DNA of 63,668 nt, filler included, from Phoronis australis (taxonomy: Eukaryota > Animalia > Phoronida), in the NCBI GenBank assembly GCA_002633005.1. It is 4 parts of 4 records of this genome, joined end to end, with 100 filler letters (N's around TTAATTAATTAA, not from the genome) between each part and the next. Parts side by side here need not be neighbours in the genome. Positions count along the whole stretch, not along the records: positions 12,991 to 43,035 come from NMRA01001290.1; positions 43,136 to 57,813 come from NMRA01001549.1; 2 more parts are not named here. One strand, 5' to 3'. The first letter of the stretch is position 1. Every line of letters starts with the position of its first letter. Of this stretch, positions 35,981 through 50,169 are shown one piece after another. Under the pieces are notes generated by a model. It did no database searches. It worked only from the letters and a program-made list of their open reading frames with translations, and was not told the DNA's origin. Position numbers and translations under genes: made by a program.

Positions 35981-38900
35981 CTACTCGCTAATCAACATTT
36001 GCGCTGACACATTTGAAGTGATAACAATAGTCACTGAACTGGGAAATATCCGATTTAGTGAGCCTCTGTAGACTCTCTCGAGTATCCTACTGCGTCTCGA
36101 GTCTTGTTAGGTTTAAATGGAGTCTTTTTCAAACACGTGACATGTCCCGATTGTCCCGGGCTTTAGTAGCGGACCAATAAATAATGTGGAAGGATAGCGC
36201 TAGATGACACAGTGAAGCTGACTACGAAGCCAAGTGCATGTAACAAGTCTTATTCATTTCAGGTAAGTGGTTTTTATGTAAGGGTAAATTGGCCCTCATC
36301 AAAAGCGTTTAGTGAAATATTGGATTCTGCCTTACAAAAATAATAAATTATTGAATACTTATTAATAGGAATACACAATCGATTGAAGTTATATTTTATT
36401 TTACTGGATCAAGAAATATTAAGAAATTTCTTAAATAACATAAACGAAGCAAACGAATGCTTCACAGATGATTGATTTCAGATTTTAGTTCATGGCAGAC
36501 ACTAACATTCAAGACCCATGGCTAATTTAGAAGCCGTTATCGATGGTAAATGCTACGTACTGTAGCAACGTCCACATAAACACCTAAACTGTTGCCCACG
36601 GTGAGTCTACGTAGGCAGTGGACGTAGACTGTTGGACACTTAAGTCTCTCATTCGGTACGTTTAACACTGGTTGCAATCATAAGTGATCCCACAAAATTT
36701 GTCATCTACGACCACTGGCATTGTCATGCATTGTTCTTCGCAGCGGGGAACATTATTTGGAACATGACGGTGACGTCCTTGTTCATCCTTTGCTCTTTCA
36801 ATCCTTTTTTCTTCAGGCATAGTACCTCCAAGCTTACGCTAGTGGAAATTTAATCTACGATAGTAGAAAATGTGTTAAAACACTGTTTTTACTCATTTGT
36901 CGAGAATTCCCGTCCGCATTACATGGGACTTTTATGTGCAGTAAAGACCTGATCGCAGTCTGGCGGGATAGTAAATTTCAAAAGGGCTCGGCTACTTCGA
37001 AAATCATCTACTACAGTAGGTCTAGCGGACTAAACCAATCAGGTACAGTTTGCCCAATATAATGAAAAAAAAACACACCAGTATTTCAAAAAGCCTTAAT
37101 GTAATTAGAAGACGCTATTCCAAAATATACGTAATCCAGACGCAAAATTGTAAATTTAGTTGAAAATACTTAAAAAGTCGGGAGATCTAAAACCTCAAGG
37201 AGAAAGTCATTAATGTCTAGATAGCCGTCTCGCTTGAGTGTGGATGCCGACTGTAGAGTCTTTGTATGAGCACGAGTATACATTAGGTATAGACACGGTG
37301 AAAAGTCTTCTCCTAAAATAAGTCTAATGACAATCTGTGCACAGTTGTCAAGATCCTAAAACGAAAAGAGCCGACATCTCAAACTCAAAGCTACCGCAAG
37401 GGTCCTTCGAACATACGGAAACACCATACGCACGGCGTTTTTATCTTTAATGCAGAGCCCGTGAAAGAGGGTAAATGGGGCAAACAACCTGTGGCAAATG
37501 TGTAACCATAAAATAACAAACGGTGTGTGCTTGTGTTTGCGCATCTCCAAGACCGGAATCGCATTGATACCCCAAGTGTCGGAACGCGGGATACAATTTT
37601 AAAAAACCTCGATTGTTGCTTACAGTGTTAGTGTCGACTCATTGTCTGAGAATAAGTTGAGCTTGTCAGAAGAATCATTGCTTGGCTGACATCACGTCAT
37701 ACAACTATAATAATATGGTGACTTCTCGCCAGGGAACCAGGAGACATTTGTTATGCTACTCATTGAACATGCATAGGGGGACACATACCACGTGACATAT
37801 ATAGAGGGATGCACACCACGTGGTGCGATATGGTTCAAAATTTCCCACAAAACAAATATTGCCGCTCGGTCACATTGAATGCCAGTTTTCTCCACTAAAT
37901 AACGATGGCTAACAAGCCTATAACTATTTAGTATGAAGATACATTTGAATTATAGGCTACTAACAAATGAGTTCAAGAGTAGCCTAAACTTAATTGATAA
38001 GGCTATATGTACACAGCCCCCTTGATCTCTGCAGGCCTGGCACCCGTTCCAAGTTTTGTTATTCGGTATTTCCAAAATCATGGTGTAACGATTAAAAGTG
38101 CACGCAATTCTGACCAAATGCCTGTAAATGCAATATCCAAAGGGATAGTCACAGGTTTTCAATCGGCATGTAAAAGTATTCTCTAAATAAACAGCTGCAT
38201 GTACATATGAGGTCTTACAATCTACTCTCCAACTCAGTCGTTACAGAATAACAGTCAACCCAAATGTCTTTTTGTTATTTTCAAAGGTGATTTGAGCACC
38301 TAGAACGATGTCGGACGGACGGCAGACCATAATTCTCCTACGCAATTCGGAGATCATTATCAGGAAACTACGAGAGCAGGGATTAACCACAGTTAGGGGT
38401 CATGACGAACTCCTCGGTATAATGAGGAGGTTGAGACATAGACATGGATCGGCAGTGGAGAACAACGTCATTGACTTAACACAGACGCGAATATCACGGT
38501 GTAGTAAGTTTGTTTGGGACTGTAGAACGATATCCAAATTTGGTAAATCTTGGAATATCGTCTTTCAAATAAGGGGTAATTGGATTTATACGAAACATTC
38601 ACATACTACATGTATTCCTGAATTACTGTTTTCAAAAAGCGTTACGGAAATATTCCTGTTTGCATGAAGGGCTATCAAAATATTGCTTTTGTTATTTTTG
38701 ACAAAAATGGTAGGCCGCACGAAAATAAGAACGAAATGGCAATTCAGGAACAGTAACGGCTTTTTGGGATTTCATCTTGAATATTTATCTAACGAAGTTG
38801 AGTCTTGTTATTGAAGCCCTTAGATTTTTATAGGTGCACCTTGTTACTAAAATGTAAGTTACACGACCCACGTGACCTGACTGATAGCAAGCTGGTATTA

Positions 38901-41900
38901 TGTCTGATATTTTTTCCAGAAAATGTCTATTTTTAGAGATTTAAAATATATTTTCGTTTGGTTCTTAATTTAAACCACTGTCTTTACAGTACACATACAT
39001 GTAAGTCGTACCAAATAAACAGGCTAGAACGTGCCACTTGACAAGCACAACATTTATACGTTTTACCCATTCATTAAAGCTCCTTTGCTCAGCCAACTGT
39101 TGAATAAACACGTTACAATTGAAGTTTGTTCCCACAGGCCCGTCACACTATGCACGCTACTGCAGTCAGCGAACGGAAGGTGGGCGACTCATCGCTCATC
39201 CAACAGATCACTGCGGTGAGAAAGCGTTTCCAAGAGTATTATAACATGTTGAAGTATTCATATCAGACCCATAAACAAGATAATTTGAAGATCATTGTAT
39301 CACAGAATCTCATTATGTGAACTGAAACAATAACCGGATGGTTGTTATAACATGATAGCGTTTTTTTCCTCAAAACGTATTTTTTAAAGCTGATTGTCAT
39401 AATTTCCACAAACATGCTTTGCTTCCAATGGAATTCATGAATTGTCTTCCTTTATTCTGCTTACTACAAAAGGTGTATAGGATTTTTTAAGGCCCTTTAT
39501 TTTAGAGCTACCAACAATCAAGGAATATCGACGTCTTCATTTTCAAGAAATAAATAAAAGCCATGTTGGAAAAAAGGCAAATTACCAGGTGCTGTTGCTG
39601 CTCGGGACAGAGTCTAAATTTAACAAATTTAGGAACACCATGTTTCAGAAATAGTGGATTGGATTCATGAAATGTTCCTATTTTTCCGCTGTTTTCCAGG
39701 AGCCTTTCGGGAAGTCTTTAAATCGTTCCCTTTTTCATGGAGGGATATTAAAATATTTATTAAAACATGAACTAATGCATGAACACAAAACTGTATTGGT
39801 CCTTCTGAGACTCCAACTTAAATATTTTTATCAAACAAAACTTGGTCATGTTATTTATGCCGTTGTATTGCTGTAGGTGTTTAGTTTTTGCTAAATTCCA
39901 CTAAAACCACACGTACATGTAAATTCTGTTCGGAATCCTTTCTTCTATATGTACTTACTACTAGACTATTCTTCCAAACTTTTTACCCTGAGAGCTGCCA
40001 AATATAGACCCCCGTCGTTTTTGAAGCAATTCTGACCCCTACAGCAATGATTGAAAGTTGCAGCGATGTCGGTGAAGAGACCAGACTTAAACGAAAACAA
40101 AAAGCAGGTTTTATTTTAATCTCATGATAAGGTTCTGTCAGCATCAATGATTTAAACATAAAATATAACCACACGGGTCTCTACGAATAATACTAATTAG
40201 ACTCTTTAAACTTTAAGGTGACACAGAGCTGTGAATTGGTTGACAATGACTTTCGTGTACTAGAAAAACAACTCGGCTAACGGTTCGTACGTTTTAATAG
40301 TACATGTATGTGAACAGAGAAGATGGAGTTCCATGGCACTCGCCAGGTACTGAACTATGTACTGCAACGCCTTGACGAGCCATGTACACGGGTATCATGA
40401 TGCCTAACTTGAGGCCATGTCAATTATTAGAAATTGTCCTCGTAATCCCACCTCGTGTTGTTTGTAGGTGTCAGCTTGAGAGGCAGACTGGTCACCACGG
40501 ACAGTCAGCCTATATATTGCCAGACAGACTGGTGACACTGAGAGCCACCTAGCGGCAGGCCGAGGTAATACAGTTGTTAAGGGAATGAGTTTAGATGAGC
40601 GATTTATGAAAAACGTAAACATTCTCTTCAAAACGATTGTCTGTCGTTGAAAAGCCATCGGAGGCCAAGCATCAATCCATGGAATCTATTTAGCCGAAAA
40701 ATAGTGTGTTACAATATGAAGCAAGGAAAATTGTCTTTAAACTTACATGTACATCTGTATAACATCCGAACAAAAAAATAATAATCGAAACTAGGTCACC
40801 TAGTCCAAACAAATTCTTTAAAGTATTTCTGACTACGACAAAGACAACTGTCACAAAGAATAACCATAGCTTGTGATTCGAAACGCCTCAGAAGATCGCG
40901 AAACTCATGATTTCCTCCAACATTTGACCGATTAAGATCGAATGCAGGTTTTCTGTCAAATGAATGATTAGAGTAAAAAGACGTCATCGTGGCAGGAGCA
41001 TTTCAGGTCGGAATCACCAAACTGTAAATATCAGTTTAAATAGTGTACATATTCGTCAATGTGAAATGAAACTTGACCTCATCACTATACTAATACATGT
41101 CATTTTCCCACCAGTTCACACTGCACTTGAACAGGAGGTTTATTGCAAGAGGGTGACTCGTGAGCCAAGAAGTTGTGTTAATTCCACCGGGCATTACGGA
41201 GAGTAACGAGTGAGGAAGTAGAGTCAAGGAAACTGCAGTTGGATAAAAGCTGTGTCAAGTGACCTGTCGACAGAGACGACGTATGTAGCAACATTTGATC
41301 TCGCTTCTGTTGATGCAAAAGTGGTGTTAATGATGTTATGTGACTAGTATAAGTGATACATGTACATGTACGTGCCATATGCGTTTGTAAATGGTGTGTG
41401 GGCTGTGTATGGTCTGCATATGTATAAAACCAATATCGTTACTGAATATAATATATATTGCACCAATTAACTCATTGTAGTATTCTCTGGACAAGACCTT
41501 ATTTTGTATTTAATTTCGTATTTTTTCAACCTCAGTTATTTGAGAAAAGTCTGTTTCAAATGAAAGGTGTCATATTTGTGTTTATGCCCAATTTCGATAC
41601 TGCAGTGCCAGGGACTTCGCGTTTATCGATAATTTCGCGTAAATCAATTGACTCATGTTAATCGTTTTAAACTTTGTATTTTGACATGATTGGCTGTTAT
41701 TGCAACTAACGCATTCATCTGTTAATTGACATTCACCTTGGTTTGCAATTCTCGCAGATTCACGCGCTGATTGCAGGATTTGAACTCGCTCGCGAAAAAA
41801 TGTGGGAGTATTTTTCTGATCTCATATAAATGCTTTGTTATACTGCATGTTATTTTAGAACTTCGAATGAGCTGACAGTTTCTGTTGTTTTCTTCACACT

Positions 41901-42214
41901 AACCATGCCAATCCAGGTCATAGGTCAAAACAGGGAATTTTAAGAACAGAACTTGTTTTTGAAACAGAAGTTGTTTAATACAGTTTGAAGGAGACTGATA
42001 TCGCTCGGCAAAGATAAGGTGTACATTTTTTAAGTATGCATAATAATCTCTAGTCTATGTATGCAAGATAATGTCCAGTCTAAGTATGCAGGATATTCTC
42101 TAGTCTACTCATTCAAATGGCACTTACAACTTTGGTGAAGTGTGATACTGTTCAGCGGCAAGACCAATTTATCCTATAGGACACCTAGGAGTACATATCT
42201 AAAGTTTGATCTCT

Positions 42215-42725
42215 AACAGCAGGTAACTTCCAGCCCACATAGCACGTGAACACGTGCCATCACTATTGAGAGGTAACAACTAATAGTAACAACACAAGTA
42301 CTAATTAAACAATTGAATATATTCACACACCAGCGCATGCAGGCACAGAAACTCATCAACATCGACAGCGACAACAGTAACAACAACAACAACGGTAACA
42401 CTATCATTAACAACAAGCTAGAATTTGATCGCTAGAGTATGTAACAACCAGTAACCCATATAGCCGGTGAACACGTGCCAACACTATTGAGCGGTAACAA
42501 GACATGGTATCAACACAAGTACTAACCTAACTATTGAATATACGCACACATACCCACACGCACACTCTCATGACAACACCAACAAGAAGACATCAGTAAG
42601 AACCTCAAAAACAACAACAACAGTAACAACAATAAATACATCAGCAAGAATCCCAACAACAAAACCATGTGTCAACAAGCATTGTAAAACAAAAATAACA
42701 ACAACTGTAAACAACTCGACAAGAA
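42215..42725. repeat. Degenerate (AAC)n-rich low-complexity tract with a diverged internal duplication
   Basis: gtgaacacgtgcca.cactattgag occurs at about 42246 and 42467, with runs of caacaacaac. Confidence 0.75.
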
Positions 42726-43035
42726 AACAGTAACCGTCATATCATCAGGAATTGGATAAAGGGGTATTTGATAATTTATAGGAACTCAAACAAGTTTTCG
42801 GGACAAAACACACACAACACTCCAGAAATTATTCGAGAACTACACGGAGTGCACTGTTTAAATAGCTTCATGCACCAGCTCAAATTGGCATTTCACACAT
42901 CCCACCAGATGTACACCAATGGGTGACAATATTACCAGTTCTATTCCACCTGATTCATTTTTTCTGTATTCTGAACTATTATTTTCTCCTTGAAAGTCCC
43001 CTCTGTATCTCCCTCAACCCCCTCTCTCTCACTTT

Positions 43036-43135
43036 NNNNNNNNNNNNNNNNNNNNNNNNNNNNNNNNNNNNNNNNNNNNTTAATTAATTAANNNNNNNNN
43101 NNNNNNNNNNNNNNNNNNNNNNNNNNNNNNNNNNN
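43036..43135. other. Scaffold gap with artificial linker
   Basis: Same 100-nt N block and linker. Confidence 0.98.
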
Positions 43136-45557
43136 ATTAGTTCTTACTTCATTACATTCGTTCATGTTTCGTTTCCTTGCTTCCTATAGATTTGAGTTGA
43201 CTTGATAGATCCTCTGTCATGTTAAATGTCTACAGGAGTTAGTGAGAGTGATAATCTATTGTATTCTCATACTTGTAGCGGCTTAAATTCTTAATCCTAT
43301 AGTCACCAGCCTCTATTGTTAAGTCTTGACTTGATTCACAAACAACACAGCCCAAGCTTCTCACTCACTGATTAGTTTTGTATTTGGCGAACATTCATCG
43401 AATAAGTTCACTTGCAATATCTTTATACTATCCACGGCTTGGAATTTTCCTCCTTTAGGGTGATTTCCTCTTTTTTGTCATTCAGTTAAGTTTCACAACA
43501 TCGCACCAGCCTATGTCTTAGTGGAACGATGCATCACCTGGGAAATTTTCCTCTTTTTTGTCATTGGTGATTGCAAGTCCTAGTAATTATCACGCAAGAA
43601 GCTTTGAAAACACGAATATGTTTTTCTCTCTGAAGCACCTCGGTTTTTTTAATTCATAAGAAACCCAAAAACTTAAATAATTCTGAATGGAGTCTGTAGG
43701 CCTACTGAAATGAATTTTGAAAATGAACCTAGCAATTGGGCTGTCTGTCAGTAGATACTTAGCGATATTAAAACGCGCCAATACTTTCTGAGAATTTTTT
43801 TTTTCACTGTGATATATATTTATTGAAGGATACACAGAACATACAAAGAAATAATAACAAACCCAGAAACCGCGAAGCAGTATATCTGGGTTGTAAACAA
43901 TTCATAAATGAAACTTATATACATAGAGATATATACAATTAAGTAGTATCTAAAATNGAATAGGGCCGATATTGGGCCCCAAATTTGAAGGATTGAGGGC
44001 CCAGTCCTTTTTGGAAAGAAAAATTATAATGTTTAAACCCGTAGCAGGGGCGGATCCAGGTTTTTCAGTTAGGGGGGCAGGGCACAGGAATAAGCAGCAT
44101 TTCGGCAGATGCACGAGCCCAGCCTAAACTTTAGGGATGCAGAGGTCTTGAATTCTTGGATTTGCGGACCTGTTGACTTAAAAAGAAACGGTAAACGGTT
44201 TTCATTCAGCGCCTATGCGTTGTTTATTCACCCCCCAAGACCCGCCCTGGTTGCGCACTTGTGCTAGTCAGCAATTCGCACCCGAACTCAAAAATGGGAT
44301 CTGATACAATTTTAGGGGGGGCCGTGAACCCCCCCCTAAATCCGTAGTCATGAAAACACAGCCTGGCTGGCCCATTCTCCGGTCGTTACTATGATGCTTA
44401 ACAACTGACCGACATGCGACAAAATACGATCTAACTTTTCGAAAACATTTATAAATTTTACACTGACATATTTTGCTTCGTCGCGGCAACGACCCAACGC
44501 TTCCGAATCTCAACGTCTTTAGAGATTGTGAAGCAGACAGTTGCGTGTCCGTATTTTTTCTAGCCGTTCACGGAACAACACGGTCTGAAACACAGAACTA
44601 TGCCGATAAGCTAACAGGGCTATTGTAGCGAGCCTCGTTTTGGAATGCGCCTCCTGTCGGCGTGAATAGGGTCTATATGTATGTTAGTACACAATTTTCC
44701 CTTTGATATACGTAATGGTTAATTACTAATGACAGGTGACTGACCAATTCTAAGTGCACTCTAATTATAACATGTCTATGAAATCCTCGGTTATAATATT
44801 TTTCGCCAAATCTTAATGGCCGGTACTTGGATTATTGCCAGCACGAAACTATATCAGTAACTAACGAACGAACCATTCTTTGTGGTAAGACAAGGCTTCT
44901 CATCTAATTAAAACAGGTTTGTTTTGTGTTTTGACCAGCGTACGTGAAATTATTAGTATATTCCGTCAGTGGCTGTATTGCACCTAATTGCTAGACCCAA
45001 CACAAAACACGATCGTTCAGTATAGCCGCTAAGGAAAGCAAGACGGAGACATTGTTTCAGATCACATGGACCAGTCACGGCCTGTATTGATCGCGTTGGC
45101 TTAGCTCCTTTGTGCGAAGATTGCCTCAGGGCTCATTGCTGAACCACAAATTGTACCTCGTCATTGTGCGTAAGTAAAAATAAAATCACAACGCGGCCGC
45201 GTATTGATGGCTCTTTCACTGTAACTTATACGGCGAAATCTGATAAGCAGTTGTTGTGTAACCCGGGGTAGTCTACAACTTTAATATGGTGTCAAAAGGC
45301 AAAATGAACACAAAACAGTAAGCTATAAACGAGGACATTATTTATCAATGGCCCCATGGACTACTGCAAGGGGTCACGTATTGCATTGTAAAATTGTGGG
45401 GATACTCCAGTTTTTAAAAAATTCTGAGTCACTTCCATTCAGTAGCGTCAAGACGTGATTTATTTGTCGCTCGTCGACAATATGTTAAATAACCATCACC
45501 TATACACCACTGGATCGAATGAAATCCGCACAGCTAATATTGATACCACGAACTCAA

Positions 45558-45970
45558 AAGAGAATCACGCGGCATTCATACCACTTGCAGTCTTTTCCTC
45601 CCCCTTCGCCATTACGAATTGTATGGTGCCGTAGTCATGCCACTCGCAGTCTGTCCTTCAACCTTTCGCCATCAATTTTGCGACCGTACCCGTCGTCAAA
45701 TGCCAAGTCTAATTTAATTCCTCCCCCGAAAATTCTAGCACTCAATGTAATTAAGAAACATATTCGACACAAAAGCACAACCTTGACAAAAAACTGCGAG
45801 GAAATCAAGCCATGAGTGCAGGTTCAGCGATCAGTGGTAGCATATGCAGGGGTAACCCTCCGGACATTTAATGACTCAATAACCGCAGTCCATGCGAGGT
45901 CCAGCCTAGGCCAGTCTTAGGTTGAGCCACAACCCAACGGAGTTCAGACCGCGTCCGGGCGAAGCCTGAC
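45558..45970 (+). repeat. Direct repeat of about 410 bp; second copy at 49075-49483
   Basis: aagagaatcacgcggcattcatacc...cgcgtccgggcgaagcct is highly similar in both copies. The second copy starts just after the n at 49071. Confidence 0.9.
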
Positions 45971-46061
45971 CTCACTCCGGTTGAAGGTCACCCGAAGCCT
46001 GACTAAGGCTGAAGTGCGTTCGATGGGAAGCTACTTTCGATCAGCACTGTACATACACAAT

Positions 46062-46477
46062 CACGGGTTTGTAAGTCAGTTGAGTTCAAGAAGATCAAGT
46101 TGGGAGATCAAGTGAGATCAAGTAAGTTCAAGAAAGTTAATCCGGAGAACTACAGTTGAGTTCCAGTGAAGAGAATCAGCTGTTACAGCGATAGTCAATA
46201 GAGAGCCAGCTATAGAGACAGCAGGTTTTTGAACCAACATGTGTAACAGTTGCTGGAAGTATCTCAGAAGTTCAACACAAGCCAAGGCTTCGCAGCACTG
46301 GCTGGAACATAAAACAGACATTACGTCGGACGTTTTGTTTGAGTAGGCTTGTGAACGTACGGTCGGAATTAATAAAGGATTAACTCGAAACAGTCCTCAG
46401 TCAATCGTCGCATCGAAAGCTATTAGCACCGGTCTGTAACAACCTACGCCCACCCACACACGGGGAAAAACGTGACA
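46062..46477 (+). mobile_element. Possible solo LTR
   Basis: Internal short tandem motifs (gatcaagt), AATAAA at about 46371, and a 3' end CGTGACA. The 5' end and TSD are not resolved. Confidence 0.35.
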
Positions 46478-46714
46478 GTCTTTATAAAAAGTAAAATGTA
46501 CAACCTATAATTTATGCTAACAAGACCAAATTTATTTGTTGCACATGCTACAAACAAATATATGGGATAGGTTACCAAGATTTTGCGACAGGTCTAAAGC
46601 AATTAACACATGTGAGACAGCACGGAGGCAAAAACGATCAGTTAGAACACAAGAGAATATAAATGTCAATAATTTCCAATTGACTGAAATGACAATACCA
46701 TAACATTACCACAC

Positions 46715-48200
46715 CTGAACATCTCCATAAGCAGTCCAGCAAATTCAAAACAAGTGATTCCCAATGCTTTTAGTCCAACGGTGGAGAGCCGAATTACCTC
46801 TTTCGTTGGAAGCAGCAGTCACTTTCTTCTTAAGTCCTGCAAGTAATAACAATATGTTTAATAATGTAGTAGTATCCACTATGATAACATGTATTATATA
46901 AAACTGGTTTAACAGTTGGCGGCAGGTAAAATAAGAGTTGTCTTATACAGAACTGCAACTGTGTTTATGCGCAACAAGAAAATAAACATTCAGTTTACTT
47001 TTTATTGTTCTTGTCAGTTGCAATAATGAAAATAAAACAGAAACATAGCACTTTTTTAGTAATTTCTGATGTTGAATGCTTACCTTTTGAAGTGTCCCCG
47101 CAGTCCAGCTGATGCTTCTTGTCGGGATGTACCTCCTTCATTTGCTTTTTGATTGATGGTGACCTGTCAGTAGTAACACACGTAACACGTACATCAAAGT
47201 ATGCCATCCCTCGCTGAAACCCCAAGAGTTCCATAGCAACTGATGAAGTTGTCTCTGTCCCCTGAATAAAGCTTGAATGAACAATCTGTTGAGCGTTTTC
47301 ATCCATATGTGTGTACGCTGTGTACTTGGCCGAAAAGCCAGGTCTATCCGACCGCCCATCGCCAACGAGATTGATAGGTTCGTCATCCGCAGTCTTGAGT
47401 GTGAGTTCAGTCATCGTGACAAGTTGTTGTTCCTCATACAGGGGATTGATGACAGGTAGAAGATATGATTTCTGCAAGTAAGTGAACGTTGGCGACAAAA
47501 TTCAGTTGACGTTGAGCAAATGAAAGAGGACCGACGTTTCCTGGAATGTTGTGCTCGGGAACAGAATACAAGANACAATCTGTTGAGTGTTTTCATCCAT
47601 ATGTGTGTACGCTGTGTACTTGGCCGAAAAGCCAGGTCTATCCGACCGCCCATCGCCAACGAGATTGATAGGTTCGTCATCCGCAGTCTTGAGTGTGAGT
47701 TCAGTCATCGTGACAAGTTGGTGTTCCTCATACAGGGGATTGATGACAGGTAGAAGATATGATTTCTGCAAGTAAGTGAACGTTGGCGACGAAATTCAGT
47801 TGACGTTGAGCAAATGAAAGAGGACCGACGTTTCCTGGAATGTTGTGCTCGGGAACAGAATACAAGATGACAGCAAGAGGTTAATCTCTGCCATTCCACG
47901 AACATCGGGAGAGTTCGTCCGTACATCGGAGTGTCCTTCAGTACATGACCAAGCAATTAGTAACTTGTCTCCACGGTAAAGCTTTTGCACCTTGTGAATG
48001 GTTGACCCACACTGCTGGCAACGCTTGAACAAGGCAAGCACATGATCATCATAAACAATGTGCTTCGTCTTTAGATGAGATGGCAATGCTTCATCGAAAC
48101 GAGGTGGATTGACACCATCAAAAGAGTCTCCAGAGTCAGAAGATCCTAGATCTTCCTCGCCAAGTTCCCAATCCGCATCACAAGGTTCATTCGGATGTTT
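46715..48200 (-). pseudogene. Kolobok-type DDE transposase pseudogene with an intron
   Basis: LFKRCQQCG...WSCTEGH, GDGRSDRPGFSAKYTAYT (cf. DGRCDSPGHSAKY), SSVAME, VTTDRSPSI, HQLD. Intron at about 46837-47083, then LKKKVTAA...W.KSIGNHL. Contains stops and frameshifts; 47281-47573 is duplicated at 47575-47867 across a single n. Confidence 0.85.
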
Positions 48201-50056
48201 CTAAAAGGAAAAGTAAAGTAAATGTTAAATAAGTGTTCAATTATTTATTAAAAGAAATGAAAGTAAAGTGAATATTGAGCGGCAACCCACACCAACTTGT
48301 ACTGCGCACAAAACATTTTTACCACAATTCCAACCACATCCAGGCCCTCTAACCACAAATGAATATGGAAGTGTTTTACAATGCCAAAGAATGTTGTGTG
48401 ACACGTATATTGAAAATTGTCTGTGGTATGTGCGCCTGTATATGATTAACAGAGGCTTGGTTTAGCGAGAATATCTGTAGTTGGTAAGAGGTTTCCAATT
48501 CCTCAATCCTTTGGTCAGGTTACGCAAAACGATAAGTCAACATTTCTAATAATTCAGACAAGTATGTCAGTACTAAGCATGAGCCCGCCCTGTGGTAAGA
48601 GTAGATTTTCACCACCAAACTTTACATGTTCACATTTGACTAAAGCATGCAGCCCAAACTTACTAATAAGCAATACGTGTGTTTACTTTACGGGTGCAAT
48701 ATGTGGGTGCACCGTGTATTTTTTGTTCGAGGAAACTTTTGTCAGGAAAAGTTTCTCAGCCTTGCTATGCTTGCCCACTTATATCCCCCCCCATTACCAC
48801 CAATTCTGACATACCTCCTATTTTATCACAACTTATGTTTCCTATAATTTTTCATTAATGCCTGAAGTTTCCTAGATTTGCCTGAACTGCTGCACAATAA
48901 ACCAATAGACCTACGATGGTAAACAATCATATGTGATGAGAAAATAACGAGAAGGTTCGAAACGCAGAAAGTTTCTTCAAAAATACAGTTCTTGTATACA
49001 TAACGCTAAACCCTCGTGAGAGACCGCCCCGAGTTGGCTGCTGGAGCAACTCGGGGCGGTCTGGGATCAANCCGAAGAGAATCACGCGGCATTCATACCA
49101 CTTGCAGTCTTTTCCTCCCCCTTCGCCATTACGAATTGTATGGTGCCATAGTCATGCCACTCGCAGTCTGTCCTTCAACCTTTCGCCATCAATTTTGCGA
49201 CCGTTCCCGTCGTCAAATGCCAAGTCTAATTTAATTCCTCCCCCGAAAATCCTAGCACTCGATGTAATTAAGAAACATATTCGACACAAAAGCACAACCT
49301 TGACAAAAACGTGCGAGGAAATCAAGCCATGAGTGCAGGTTCAGCGGTCAGTGGTGGCATGTGCAGGGGTAACCCCCCGGACATTTAATGACTCAATAAC
49401 CGCAGTCCACCCGAGTCCAACCTAGGCCAGTCTTAGGTTGAGTCACAACCCAACCGAGTTCAGAACGCGTCCGGGCGAAGCCTAAATCTCGGCCGAGGTA
49501 CAGAATTGTGCTCAGTAAGTTTGATAACAGAAAGGAAACAAGCATTATACCATGTTACTTGAACTAGACTATTCTTTGACACAAGGACTTTTTAAATTTA
49601 TACCTCGGCTGAGTGGAATACCCACGGTATAACACTAACAGTCATAGTTGTGGCGAGTTACAAAGTACGGTAGACTCCACCCTTGCTATCGGGATTGAAT
49701 ATGTTGATCTATGAAGCATTTGTCATTGAAGTATCTGCCCTTCAAAAGAAATGCAGATTGTATTCGAAGTACTTCATTGATGCGCAACATTTTTGTGTTG
49801 CCAGACGGCTTATAGCGTAGCTTACTTTATTGTAAATCTGTTTGTGGGACGTTGGGCGACAATTTTGAAACGCCTGGGTGGTTTGCTTTACTTTTTTTCC
49901 TAAGCTTTTGTCCAAACACAAGGCTGCCCTTTGCAACAATATAATATGTATGTAAGATGATCTCGTGCGGAAGCTGACCAGTGTCATACCGAATGAGCCT
50001 GACTGCGGTAGCCCTACAAGCACGTAAGTAAGTCGAATAATCTTGGCGAACGTGGC

Positions 50057-50169
50057 AACTCTATCGAAAGACTTACTAACTCTATCGATAGACTTACTAA
50101 CTCTATCGATAGACTTACTAACTTTATCGATAGACTTACTATCTCTATCGATAGATTTAATAACTCTAT
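50057..50169. repeat. 21-bp minisatellite, about 5.4 units
   Basis: aactctatcgatagacttact units with a palindromic core TCTATCGATAGA. Confidence 0.95.

Noticed and set aside
40543-40560. CTCF-like motif GCCACCTAGCGGCAG (weaker matches at 40, 8442 and 34778)
   Set aside because: Isolated short matches cannot be supported without binding data.
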